Assembly (NCBI GenBank): GCA_965202665.1
Contig: OZ241841.1
Span: 1,952,001-2,016,000, forward strand
Direction of reading: 5' to 3'
Source: Candidatus Spongiisociaceae bacterium
Lineage (GTDB): Bacteria; Actinomycetota; Acidimicrobiia; Spongiisociales; Spongiisociaceae
Length of the DNA: 64,000 nucleotides
In this document: positions 40,502-49,709 of the stretch, piece by piece
Layout of the letters: each line of letters opens with the position of its first letter
How positions within the stretch are numbered: the stretch's first letter is position 1
Made by a program: the position numbers and the translations under genes
The notes under the pieces: generated by a model
What the model saw: the letters and a program-made list of their open reading frames with translations, nothing else
What the model was told of the DNA's origin: nothing
Databases searched by the model: none

Positions 40502-42649
40502 ATGTTGAAGTACAAGAAGTTGGCGGCGGTGCTAATCGCCTTGACTTTGCTGGCCGCGGCCTGCGGCGGCGATGACGCCACCACCACAACCACTACCGCC
40601 GCTCCCACCGCAACCACTTCGGATGCGGGCGATTCCGCGGACACCAGCGCCGCGCCTGCTGAGCCGATGACGGACGTTCGGGTGGGTTTGGCCTATGACA
40701 TCGGCGGACGGGGCGACGGTTCTTTCAACGACGCGGCTGCGGCCGGCCTGGACCGGGCGGCGGCGGAGTTGGGCGTGGAGACTGCGGAGTCGTCGGCCAA
40801 TGAGGACGGCACCAACCGCGAAGAAATGCTGGCCCTGCACTCCGAAGAGGGGGCGGATTTGGTAATCGGCGTCGGGTTCCTGTTCGACGAGCCTATGAAC
40901 GTGGTGGCGTCCGAATACCCGGAAACCAATTTCGCAATTGTGGATTCAGTGGTGGATCAACCCAACGTGGCCGGGTTGATTTTCGCCGAGGAGCAGGGGT
41001 CGTTTCTGGTGGGGGTGGCGGCCGCTCTGAAAACGGGCACCAACAGAATAGGTTTCCTGGGCGGGGTGGACATCCCGTTGATTCACGCTTTCGAGGCCGG
41101 TTTCCAAGCGGGGGTGGCGGCGGTGGATCCGTCCATCGTAATTGATTCCCAGTATTTGACCCAGTCTCCGGACTTCAGCGGGTTCAACGACCCGGCTGCG
41201 GGCAGGGTCGCCTCCCAATCCATGTACGAGGACGGAGCGGACATCATTTATCACGCCGCCGGCGGGAGCGGCAACGGCACCTTCCAAGCGGCCAAGGAGT
41301 ATTCGGAGAGCACCGGCGGCAAAGTGTGGGCCATCGGGGTGGACTCCGATCAGTACAACACCGCCGACGAGGAACTCAGGGACTACATTCTGACCTCCAT
41401 GCTGAAGCGGGTGGATGTGGCGGTTTACAACACCATCAAGGCGGTGCAGGACGGGATGTTCTCCAGCGGCCCGCAGAGATTCGACCTGTCGGTGGACGGG
41501 GTGGGCTACTCCACCAGCGGCGGCTTCATCGACGACATCGTTCCGCAGTTGGAAGAGTGGAAGTCGCGCATCGTCTCCGGCGAGATAGTGGTCAGCCGCG
41601 AGCGCGGCGAGGGCCTGACCGTCGTACCCGTTAGCGATACCCCGGGCGAAGGGGTCAGTTTGACGATGGCCCGGGCCAACTGGTCCACCGGTTATTTCCA
41701 GGCCGCTTTGTACCGGGCGTTGTTGCAACAGTTGGGATACGAGGTGAGCGATCCGGCTGATTTGGAGTTGGGTCCCAGCTTGGCGTATCTGGCCATGGCC
41801 GAAGGGGACGCCGACTTCTGGGTGAACAGCTGGTATCCGGGCCATAACAGTTGGCTGGAGAACCAGTTGCCGGACGGTTCCAAAGTGGGCGATCATCTTG
41901 CGGTGGTGGGCCAGGAGATGCCCGCGGGCGGTTTGCAGGGTTATCTGATCACCAAGAGCTTCGCCGAGGAATACGGGATCGCCACGCTGGATGATTTGAA
42001 CGGCAATCCGGATGCGATCGCCGCGTACGACGCCCAGGATGCCACGCCGGGCAACGGGATAGCGGAGATTTACGGTTGTCCGGAGTCGTGGACCTGCGAT
42101 GACATCATCCAGAGCCAGATCGCGTTTTCGGAGTGGGAGAACATCGATCAGATTTTGGCCGGGTACGACGCCATGTTCGCTGAGGCGGTGGCTAAGGCCA
42201 ACGAGGGGGCTCCGATGGTGGCGTACACTTGGACGCCCAGTTCCTACATCACCCAGTTGCGGCCGGGGGACAACGTGCTGTGGGTGGGGGTGGAGGATGT
42301 GCTCGATGATTCCAATCCGTTGGGTCGGGAAGGGGGCGAGGAATGGGATCAGCGGCCGGGTACGGCGGCTTTGGGCCCTGATTCCTGCCCGGATGCGGCG
42401 GAGCGCGACATCTGTCAGTTGGGGTGGGTGGCAGCGGACATTTTGGTGACCGCCCGCAACGACCTGTTGGCGGATCATCCGGCGGCGGCCAAGTTGCTGG
42501 AGGTGGTCGAGCTGAACGTAGTGGACGTGTCGTTGCAAGTGGTGGCTCAGGACGGCGGAGAGGATCCGGTGGATCTGGCCGAGCAGTGGATAGCGAACAA
42601 CCAGGCGAAGGTGGACGACTGGCTGTCCCAGGCCCGAGCCGCCGCCTAA
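40502..42649 (+). CDS. Lipoprotein fusing a BMP-family substrate-binding domain to a ProX/glycine-betaine-type substrate-binding domain
   Basis: Lipobox LAAAC; GGRGDGSFND, WAIGVDSDQ, LTSMLKRVD (BMP); ANWSTGYFQ, YGCPESWTCD, YTWTPS (ProX-like). Confidence 0.88.
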   Translation: MLKYKKLAAVLIALTLLAAACGGDDATTTTTTAAPTATTSDAGDSADTSAAPAEPMTDVRVGLAYDIGGRGDGSFNDAAAAGLDRAAAELGVETAESSANEDGTNREEMLALHSEEGADLVIGVGFLFDEPMNVVASEYPETNFAIVDSVVDQPNVAGLIFAEEQGSFLVGVAAALKTGTNRIGFLGGVDIPLIHAFEAGFQAGVAAVDPSIVIDSQYLTQSPDFSGFNDPAAGRVASQSMYEDGADIIYHAAGGSGNGTFQAAKEYSESTGGKVWAIGVDSDQYNTADEELRDYILTSMLKRVDVAVYNTIKAVQDGMFSSGPQRFDLSVDGVGYSTSGGFIDDIVPQLEEWKSRIVSGEIVVSRERGEGLTVVPVSDTPGEGVSLTMARANWSTGYFQAALYRALLQQLGYEVSDPADLELGPSLAYLAMAEGDADFWVNSWYPGHNSWLENQLPDGSKVGDHLAVVGQEMPAGGLQGYLITKSFAEEYGIATLDDLNGNPDAIAAYDAQDATPGNGIAEIYGCPESWTCDDIIQSQIAFSEWENIDQILAGYDAMFAEAVAKANEGAPMVAYTWTPSSYITQLRPGDNVLWVGVEDVLDDSNPLGREGGEEWDQRPGTAALGPDSCPDAAERDICQLGWVAADILVTARNDLLADHPAAAKLLEVVELNVVDVSLQVVAQDGGEDPVDLAEQWIANNQAKVDDWLSQARAAA

Positions 42650-42670
42650 ATATTTCCGCCAGTTGGCAAA

Positions 42671-42706
42671 ATGGAGGAGGGCGTCCCGCGGGACGCCCTC
42701 CTCCAT
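42671..42706. terminator. Perfect 17-bp inverted repeat between the two binding-protein genes
   Basis: ATGGAGGAGGGCGTCCC-GC-GGGACGCCCTCCTCCAT. Confidence 0.75.
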
Positions 42707-42777
42707 CGTTAAACGGTTCGACGGAAAAATCAAATTTTTCGGCGGTTTAGTTTTTAAGGTGTGTAGACTGCGATTTG

Positions 42778-42795
42778 GAAACCCAACATGGTTTC
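42778..42795. promoter_or_regulatory. Candidate operator
   Basis: GAAACC-N6-GGTTTC just upstream of the AAGGAGG RBS. Confidence 0.35.
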
Positions 42796-42814
42796 ATTGT
42801 AAGGAGGTGTGCAA

Positions 42815-45082
42815 ATGTTCAGATCTAGTAAGTGGCTGGCGGCGTTGGCCGTTTTGATGTTGGTCGCGGCCGCCTGCGGCGGCGGCGACGATGATGCGAC
42901 GCCCGCTCCCGAGACCCCTACCACCGTCGCGTCCGCCGGCGCGGACACCACGGAAACCACAGCCGCAACGGAGTCCCCGGATGCTGCGGAAACCCCGACC
43001 ACAACCGCGGCGGCCCCTGACGCTCCCGCCCAGCCGGAGGAGGGAATGGCCCTCCCCGGCGAAGGGGTGAGTTTGACGATGGCCCAGGCCAACTGGTCCA
43101 CCGGTTATTTCCAGGCGGCTTTGTACCGGTCGTTGTTGCAACGGTTGGGGTATGAGGTGAGCGATCCGGCTGATTTGGAGTTGGGTCCCAGCTTGGCTTA
43201 TCTGGCCATGGCGGAGGGGGATGCCGACTTTTGGGTGAACAGTTGGTTTCCGATTCACAACAGTTGGTTGGCCAACGAGTTGCCGGACGGCTCCCGGGTG
43301 GGGGATCACCTTTCTGTGATCGGTTCCGAGATGCCCGCCGGGGGTTTGCAGGGTTATCTGATTACTAAGAGTTTCGCTGAGAAGCACGGCATTGTCACTT
43401 TGGATGATTTGAATGACAATCCGGACGCGATCGCCGAGTACGACGCCCAAGATACCAATCCCGGGAACGGGGTGGCGGAGATTTACGGTTGCCCGGAGTC
43501 GTGGACCTGCGATGACATTATCCAAAGCCAGATCGCCTTTTCGGGGTGGGAGAACATTGATCAGGTGCTGGCTGGGTACGACGCCATGTTCGCCGAGGCG
43601 GTGGCTAAGGCCAACGAGGGGGCTCCGATGGTGGCGTACACTTGGACGCCTAGTTCTTATATCACCCAGTTGCGGCCGGGGGACAATGTGGTGTGGCTGG
43701 GGGTGGATAGAATTTTGGATAGTTCCAATCCGCTTGACCGGGAGGGGGGCGAAGGGTGGGATCAAACCCCGGGAACGGCGGCTATCGGCGCCGATTCTTG
43801 CCCGGACGCGGCGGAGCGGGGCATCTGCCAGTTGGGGTGGGCGGCGGCGGATATTTTGGTGACCGCCCGCAATGACTTGATTCGGAACCATCCGGCGGCG
43901 GCTAGTCTGCTGGCCAATGTGGCGTTGAACGTGGTGGATGTGTCGTTGCAGGTGGTGGCCCAGGAGGGCGGGGAGAGTCCGGTGGATCTGGCCGAGCAGT
44001 GGATCGCCAACAACCAGGACAAGGTGAATGCGTGGCTGGAAAGGGCCACCGCCGCCCATAACCGCACCGGGGAGCCGGGCGAGGGGGTGAGTTTGACGAT
44101 GGCCCAGGCCAACTGGTCCACAGGTTATTTCCAGGCGGCTTTGTACCGGGACCTGTTGCAAAGGTTGGGGTATGAGGTGAGCGATCCGGCTGATTTGGAG
44201 TTGGGTCCCAGCTTGGCGTATCTGGCCATGGCTGAGGGTGACGCCGACTTCTGGGTGAACAGCTGGTATCCGATTCACAACAGTTGGTTGGCCAACGAGT
44301 TGCCGGACGGCTCCTTAGTGGGCGATCATCTTACGGTGGTGGGCGAGGAGATGCCCGCGGGCGGTTTGCAGGGTTTCCTGATCACGAAGAGCTTCGCCGA
44401 GGAATACGGGATAACGACGCTTGATGATCTGAACGGCAATCCGGATGCGATCGCCGCGTACGACGCCCAGGATGCCACGCCGGGCAACGGGGTGGCGGAG
44501 ATTTACGGTTGTCCGGAGTCGTGGACCTGCGATGACATCATTGAAAGCCAGATCGCGTTTTCGGGCTGGGATAACATCGGCCAGGTGTTGGCCGGGTACG
44601 ACGCCATGTTCGCGGAGGCGTCGGCGAAGGCCAGCGAGGGGGCTCCGATGGTGGCCTACACTTGGACGCCGAGTTCCTACATCACCCAGTTGCGGCCGGG
44701 GGACAACGTAGTGTGGGTGGGGGTGGAGGATGTGCTCGATGATTCCAACCCGTTGGATCGGGAAGGGGGCGAGGAATGGGATCAGCGGCCGGGTACGGCG
44801 ACTCTGAGTTCGGAGTCCTGCCCGGATGCGGTAGAGCGCGGCACCTGCCAGTTGGGGTGGCTGGCGGCGGACATTTTGGTGACCGCCCGCAACGACCTGT
44901 TGGAAAACCATCCGGCGGCGGCCAAGCTGCTGGAGCTGGTCGAGCTGAACGTGGTGGACGTGTCGTTGCAGGTGGTGGCTCAGGACGGCGGAGAAACTCC
45001 GAAGGATCTGGCTACGCAGTGGATCGCCAACAACCAGAGCAAGGTTGACTCCTGGTTGGCGGTGGCCCGCGCCTCCGCCTGA
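42815..45082 (+). CDS. Lipoprotein with two tandem ProX/glycine-betaine-type substrate-binding domains
   Basis: Lipobox VAAAC, Thr/Ala/Pro linker, two copies of the PGEGVSLTMAQANWSTGYFQ...QWIANNQ domain. Confidence 0.9.
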   Translation: MFRSSKWLAALAVLMLVAAACGGGDDDATPAPETPTTVASAGADTTETTAATESPDAAETPTTTAAAPDAPAQPEEGMALPGEGVSLTMAQANWSTGYFQAALYRSLLQRLGYEVSDPADLELGPSLAYLAMAEGDADFWVNSWFPIHNSWLANELPDGSRVGDHLSVIGSEMPAGGLQGYLITKSFAEKHGIVTLDDLNDNPDAIAEYDAQDTNPGNGVAEIYGCPESWTCDDIIQSQIAFSGWENIDQVLAGYDAMFAEAVAKANEGAPMVAYTWTPSSYITQLRPGDNVVWLGVDRILDSSNPLDREGGEGWDQTPGTAAIGADSCPDAAERGICQLGWAAADILVTARNDLIRNHPAAASLLANVALNVVDVSLQVVAQEGGESPVDLAEQWIANNQDKVNAWLERATAAHNRTGEPGEGVSLTMAQANWSTGYFQAALYRDLLQRLGYEVSDPADLELGPSLAYLAMAEGDADFWVNSWYPIHNSWLANELPDGSLVGDHLTVVGEEMPAGGLQGFLITKSFAEEYGITTLDDLNGNPDAIAAYDAQDATPGNGVAEIYGCPESWTCDDIIESQIAFSGWDNIGQVLAGYDAMFAEASAKASEGAPMVAYTWTPSSYITQLRPGDNVVWVGVEDVLDDSNPLDREGGEEWDQRPGTATLSSESCPDAVERGTCQLGWLAADILVTARNDLLENHPAAAKLLELVELNVVDVSLQVVAQDGGETPKDLATQWIANNQSKVDSWLAVARASA

Positions 45083-45102
45083 CGCTGGTTCCTCCGTTTT
45101 AA

Positions 45103-45262
45103 CGGAAAGGGCGCCCCGCAAGCGGGGCGCCCTTCCTTATGGATTCGCCGACCATCGTGACCATAATCCAGGTGGCCGGCGAGCCCGCGCGGCGGTTCGC
45201 GGAACTCGAAGGGAACCCAGTTCCCGGCGGAACTGGGGGAGTCCGCAGAACCTGCGCTGGCA
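45103..45262 (-). ncRNA. Candidate structured small RNA C (~160 nt)
   Basis: TTGACA (45298-45293), 18 nt, TGg-TATGTT (45274-45269); several hairpins; ends at the 45107-45134 terminator. Confidence 0.5.
45107..45134. terminator. Bidirectional intrinsic terminator
   Basis: AAGGGCGCCCCGC-AA-GCGGGGCGCCCTT. Confidence 0.75.
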
Positions 45263-45365
45263 CCCCCAAACATACCATGCCGGTGGGAATATTGTCAAAT
45301 GCCCGTAAGGCGGATGCGGGTTTATCCGACAAGGCGGCGAACGAAGCGCCGTCCTGTGGAAGTCC

Positions 45366-45440
45366 TTAAAAAGACCCGGCCCCAACAGGGCCGGGTGGTC
45401 AAGTGTTTCAAGGGCCTAACGGCCTTGAAACGTAGCGCTA
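45366..45440 (-). ncRNA. Candidate small RNA B1 (~70 nt), orphan copy
   Basis: TTGACA (45475-45470), 18 nt, TATAAT (45451-45446); GUUUCAAGG-N9-CCUUGAAAC hairpin; ACCCGGCCC-N5-GGGCCGGGU-CUUUUU terminator. Confidence 0.65.
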
Positions 45441-45493
45441 GCGTCATTATACACATTTGTCTTTCGGGTTGTCAAGCCGTCCGCCGAATTTCT

Positions 45494-45585
45494 TCATCAT
45501 CTCCTGGGCCGGTGGATCGACACTGTTGCCTCGGGGTAGCTGGCGGGGCCATGCTCGTTCCGTATGACCACCGGCCACTGGGGCG
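45494..45585 (-). pseudogene. 3' remnant of a second copy of the NYN gene
   Basis: Reads RQLP/EATVSIHRPRR** with a 1-nt insertion, against [16 protein letters not shown] at the end of the intact NYN gene; same position relative to the sRNA promoter. Confidence 0.65.
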
Positions 45586-45938
45586 CTAGGCGTACTTGGC
45601 CAGGACGTTGGTGACGGTTTGGTTGTTGCATAAGTGAGGACGATCAGCCGCATCCTCCGCCGCCACGGGATGTTGCGTCTGTGGGAATGCGACCCGCTGA
45701 CCGGCGAACCGCTCAAAATCTCTCCCGGGCCGGTGGTGCGGTATGAACGTGAACGGCTTGGTGAGTTGCTGCATATGGATGTTAAGAAGCTTTCTTCCAT
45801 ACCGCCCGGCGGTGGATGGAAGACCCACGGCCGGGGCAACGCCCCCGCCGGAGGGGCGGGGTGGACTTTTGTGCACTCTGTCGGAGGAACACTACCAACC
45901 AGCAGACTGTAACCAACCTACCGGCCATGTACATCTAG
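45586..45938 (+). mobile_element. Internally deleted IS481-family element (MITE-like, 353 bp)
   Basis: Transposase fragment TISRILRRHG...VRYERERLGELLHMDVKKL..IP.GGGW; 30-bp imperfect terminal inverted repeats (45586-45615 and 45909-45938, 23/30 by hand), both ending in CTAG. Confidence 0.8.
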
Positions 45939-46032
45939 GAACAAAGACCTCCCACTGGTCTCTGGCGGCAATCAACCTGTTTCGCGGAGGCGGGTTTGCG
46001 CGGCGGGGCGACGCGCGGTCTTTTGAGAGCGG

Positions 46033-46107
46033 TTAAGAAGACCCGGCCCTAACAGGGCCGGGTGAGTAACTGTTTCAAGGACCTAACGGCCTTGAAACGT
46101 AGCGCTG
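46033..46107 (-). ncRNA. Candidate small RNA B2 (~70 nt), directly downstream of the NYN gene
   Basis: TTGACA (46142-46137), 18 nt, TATAAT (46118-46113), starting 20 nt after the NYN stop; same two hairpins as B1. Confidence 0.68.
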
Positions 46108-46162
46108 GCGTCATTATACATATTTGTCTTTCGGGTTGTCAAGTCGTCTGCCGATTTTTTCT

Positions 46163-46900
46163 TCACCATCCCCGGGGTCGGTGGACGGACCCCACTGCCT
46201 CGGGTAGTTGGCAAGATGTGAAATCCGCTTTTGACAGTTGGTACCACCAATGTCCGCCCCTGCCATCCGTCGGCTTGCCCCGCAGATCCCCGGCTCTTGG
46301 AGAGGGGCTGGGGTTAACGGTGCCGATTGGGGCCCGTAGGCGACATGCTTGGATGGGCAACCGCAGATCGCTGTCGTTGGAGATGACGATTGCGGCGTCG
46401 ACGCGTCCTTTTAGTACATCCAGTAGCAGATGCGAGGCTACGTTCACGTCTGAGCCTTTTTCTTCGATTCGCAGATAGGAGACCATGAACCGGGCGTTGG
46501 GAACGGCTGCGCCCTGCTCGTTCTGTATAACCACCGGCCACCGGGACGTGACGATCGAAGGACGACCCTCTTGGTCTTTGGTCGCAAGTAGCCCGTTTCT
46601 CACCCTGGTGCTGAAACGGCCTTGTTCCAAGTGGTCGATGGAGCGGTGATCCTGTAACGCTCTAACGTAGGCATCTTGGTCCAGGCGCCCTTGGCGGTTG
46701 TGTTGACCGTCGATGAAGGCGGTGCAGTAGACGATCCGCTCGATTACCGCTCCCTGCTCCGTCCAGTCGCGCCGCCGGTCGATCAATCGTTGGCTCAGCT
46801 GGCGGAGGTCGAGCCATCGCCATTCGGGGATTCCCCGGCCGAACAGGGCCCTGCCCCCGTAGTAGAGGTTGAAGCCGTCAATGTACACGCCCACTTTCAT
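46163..46900 (-). CDS. NYN domain (PIN-like) putative ribonuclease
   Basis: [32 protein letters not shown]; GGAGAGA RBS; lower GC than its flanks. Confidence 0.92.
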   Translation of the reverse strand: MKVGVYIDGFNLYYGGRALFGRGIPEWRWLDLRQLSQRLIDRRRDWTEQGAVIERIVYCTAFIDGQHNRQGRLDQDAYVRALQDHRSIDHLEQGRFSTRVRNGLLATKDQEGRPSIVTSRWPVVIQNEQGAAVPNARFMVSYLRIEEKGSDVNVASHLLLDVLKGRVDAAIVISNDSDLRLPIQACRLRAPIGTVNPSPSPRAGDLRGKPTDGRGGHWWYQLSKADFTSCQLPEAVGSVHRPRGW

Positions 46901-46966
46901 GTTTCTCTCCCGGTAGCGGATGCTCGGATGACCCGCCCAATATAACCGGCGGGTAGATTTACGGAT

Positions 46967-49699
46967 ATGGGAACCGAACCAGCGGAAATAGGCGGCGGCG
47001 CCGAGGCGGGGGCGGACCCGTTGGAGGTGGTGGACGCCGAACTGCGGGCCGACATCCGGCGGTTGGGCCGGCAATTGGGCGACACGCTGGTCCGCCAGCA
47101 CGGGGAGGACCTGTTGGAGTCGGTGGAGGCGGTCCGCACCCTTTCCCGGCGGTTGCGCCTCGCCGAATCGGAGGTTTCCCGGGAGCTGACCGAACTGCTG
47201 GCCGCCGCCGATCCGGAACGGGCCAGCCTGTTGGTGGGGGCCTTTACCGTCTACTTCCATTTGGCCAATGTGACCGAGCAGGTCCATCGGGTGGAGGATA
47301 TGAACGCCGAGGGGGACACCTCCGAACGGCGTTTTGCGGAAACCTTGCGCGCCCTGGTGGAGGGCGGGGTTGCGGCGGACGAAGTAGCGGCCTTGGTTAA
47401 CCGCACCGCCCTCAAGCCGGTGTTCACCGCCCACCCCACTGAAGCCACACGCCGTTCGGTGTTGGAAAAGTTGGCCGAAATCGCCCAAGCCACCGCCGCC
47501 CGCAATCGCGAGCGGGCCACTCCCTCCGACCGGGCCCGCATCGATCGGCGGATCAACGAACTGTTGGAGGCCGTGTGGCAGACCGACGAGATTCGCGCCC
47601 GCCGCCCCGATCCGATCGACGAGGCCCGGTTTGTCCGTTACTACTTGGATCAGACCATCCGCGAGGCGATGCCCGCCTTGCTGGATTCCATCGCGGCCGG
47701 GATGGGGGCCATCGGAGGGGAGCTGGCCCCCGCCCACTCCCCAATTAGGTTCGGGTCATGGGTGGGCGGCGACCGGGACGGAAATCCCAATGTGACCCCG
47801 GAGATGACCGAAGCGGTGTTGCTCCAGCAACGCCGGGAATCACTGGAAATCCTCCAAGACCAGGTGCGGGAGTTGGCAAGTCAGATGAGCGTCGGTTCGC
47901 AAGTGGCGGGGGCGCCCGCCGAGATGCGCCAGTTCATCGCCCGCCACCAATCCGACTTCGCCGAAGAGTTGGCTGCCGGGGATCCGGATCAGCCCTACCG
48001 CCTGGCCTGCTCCGTCATCTTCCAGCGGTTGCGGGAGGCCCGGGACGGGGGTCGGCGCGGCTACCGCAGTCCGGGGGAGATGCAGGCCGATTTGGCTGCG
48101 CTGGATGCGTCGTTGCGGGCCAACAAAGGTGAGTTGCTGGCCGAGGGACGGTTGGCCCGGTTGCGGCGGACGGTGGATATGATCGGGTTCCACTTGGCCG
48201 CCTTGGACATCCGCCAGCACACCGACAGCCACCACGATGCGGTGGCCGCCCTCGCCGCCCCCCTCGGCGTTGATTACGCCGCCGCCGACCGCGCCGCCCG
48301 TATCGCTTACCTGTCCAAGGAGTTGGACAGCCCCCGCCCGCTGGCCCCGCCCGGCCGGGAAGACGTTCCGGAGGCCCTGGCCCTGTTTGAAACGTTGCGC
48401 CGATGCCTGGATGAGTTGGGCGATGAGGTGGTGGACTCCTACATTATTTCCATGACCGCCGGCCCGGACGATGTGCTGGCCGCGGTGGTTCTGGCCCGGG
48501 AGGTGGGGTTGGTGGACTTGGACCAGGGCGTTGCCCGGCTGGACTTCGTTCCCCTGTTTGAAACCATCGACGACCTGCGTTCCCTGGGCGAAACCCTTAC
48601 CGCCCTGTTTGCCATTCCCGCCTACCGGAGGCTGGTGGAGGCGCGGGGCGGGGTGCAGGAGGTGATGGTCGGCTACTCCGACTCCAACAAAGACGGCGGA
48701 ATAACCACTTCGCAATGGGAGATTTACAAGGCGTTGCAGGCGATTCGGGATGTTTCCGAAGCGACCGGGGTGCGGGTGGAGGTGTTTCACGGCCGGGGCG
48801 GTTCCATCGGCAGGGGGGGCGGTCCCACCCACGCCGCCATTCTCAGCCAGCCGGACGGGGTGTTGGACGGGGTGGTCAAATTCACCGAACAAGGCGAGGT
48901 GATCGCCGACAAATACGGGTTGCCGGAGCTGGCCGTTCAGAACCTGGATTTGGCCCTGTCGGCTTTGGTGGAGGCCTCGGCGGGCGGCTCCGCTCCTCCG
49001 GCCGACCCGGCGGACGCCGGCCGCTGGAGCCAAATAATGGACCTGATGTCGGAGGCCGCCTATCGGGCCTACCGCGACTTCGCGCAGACCCCCGGAATGG
49101 TGGAATATTTCGTTTCTTCCACTCCGGTGGAGGAGTTGGCCAGTCTGAACATCGGCTCCCGTCCCGCCCGCCGGGTGGAAGGCGGGGGGGATGTGGCCGA
49201 CCTGCGGGCCATCCCCTGGGTGTTCGGTTGGACCCAGTCCCGCCAGATCATCCCCGGTTGGTTCGGGGTGGGGGCCGGGTTGGAGGCGGTGCGGGAAGCC
49301 GGATACGGGGAGGAGGCCTCCCGGATGTACCGGGAGTGGCCTTTTTTCCGGATGTTCGTTTCCAATGTGGAGATGACCTTGGTCAAAACCGATCTGGGGA
49401 TCGCCCGCCATTACGTAAACAACCTGACCCCCCCCGAACACCGGGGCTTGCTGGAGGTGATCTCCGCCGAGCATCGTCGCACCGTTTCCGGTTTGACGGC
49501 GGTGACCGGAGCGGAATTGTTGGCCGACCGCCCCCTCCTGCGGCGCACTTTGACCGTGCGGGACGCCTACCTGGATCCCCTGAACGTGCTTCAGGTGGAG
49601 TTGCTGTCGCGCACCCGGGCGGGCGAAGCCGACAAACACCAGCGGGCCCTGTCGCTGACCATCAACGGCATCGCCGCCGGAATGCGCAACACCGGCTGA
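46967..49699 (+). CDS. ppc: Phosphoenolpyruvate carboxylase
   Basis: [55 protein letters not shown]. Confidence 0.97.
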   Translation: MGTEPAEIGGGAEAGADPLEVVDAELRADIRRLGRQLGDTLVRQHGEDLLESVEAVRTLSRRLRLAESEVSRELTELLAAADPERASLLVGAFTVYFHLANVTEQVHRVEDMNAEGDTSERRFAETLRALVEGGVAADEVAALVNRTALKPVFTAHPTEATRRSVLEKLAEIAQATAARNRERATPSDRARIDRRINELLEAVWQTDEIRARRPDPIDEARFVRYYLDQTIREAMPALLDSIAAGMGAIGGELAPAHSPIRFGSWVGGDRDGNPNVTPEMTEAVLLQQRRESLEILQDQVRELASQMSVGSQVAGAPAEMRQFIARHQSDFAEELAAGDPDQPYRLACSVIFQRLREARDGGRRGYRSPGEMQADLAALDASLRANKGELLAEGRLARLRRTVDMIGFHLAALDIRQHTDSHHDAVAALAAPLGVDYAAADRAARIAYLSKELDSPRPLAPPGREDVPEALALFETLRRCLDELGDEVVDSYIISMTAGPDDVLAAVVLAREVGLVDLDQGVARLDFVPLFETIDDLRSLGETLTALFAIPAYRRLVEARGGVQEVMVGYSDSNKDGGITTSQWEIYKALQAIRDVSEATGVRVEVFHGRGGSIGRGGGPTHAAILSQPDGVLDGVVKFTEQGEVIADKYGLPELAVQNLDLALSALVEASAGGSAPPADPADAGRWSQIMDLMSEAAYRAYRDFAQTPGMVEYFVSSTPVEELASLNIGSRPARRVEGGGDVADLRAIPWVFGWTQSRQIIPGWFGVGAGLEAVREAGYGEEASRMYREWPFFRMFVSNVEMTLVKTDLGIARHYVNNLTPPEHRGLLEVISAEHRRTVSGLTAVTGAELLADRPLLRRTLTVRDAYLDPLNVLQVELLSRTRAGEADKHQRALSLTINGIAAGMRNTG

Positions 49700-49709
49700 C
49701 CCGCGCCGG

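Noticed and set aside
45366-46142. B1/B2 direct repeats as target-site duplication or att sites of the IS481 remnant
   Set aside because: Too long (over 110 bp), not adjacent to the IS ends, and they include promoter, hairpins and NYN 3' sequence.
46901-47737. N-terminal extension making the NYN ORF 524 aa
   Set aside because: It is antisense to ppc; the NYN domain starts at ATG 46900 with its own RBS.
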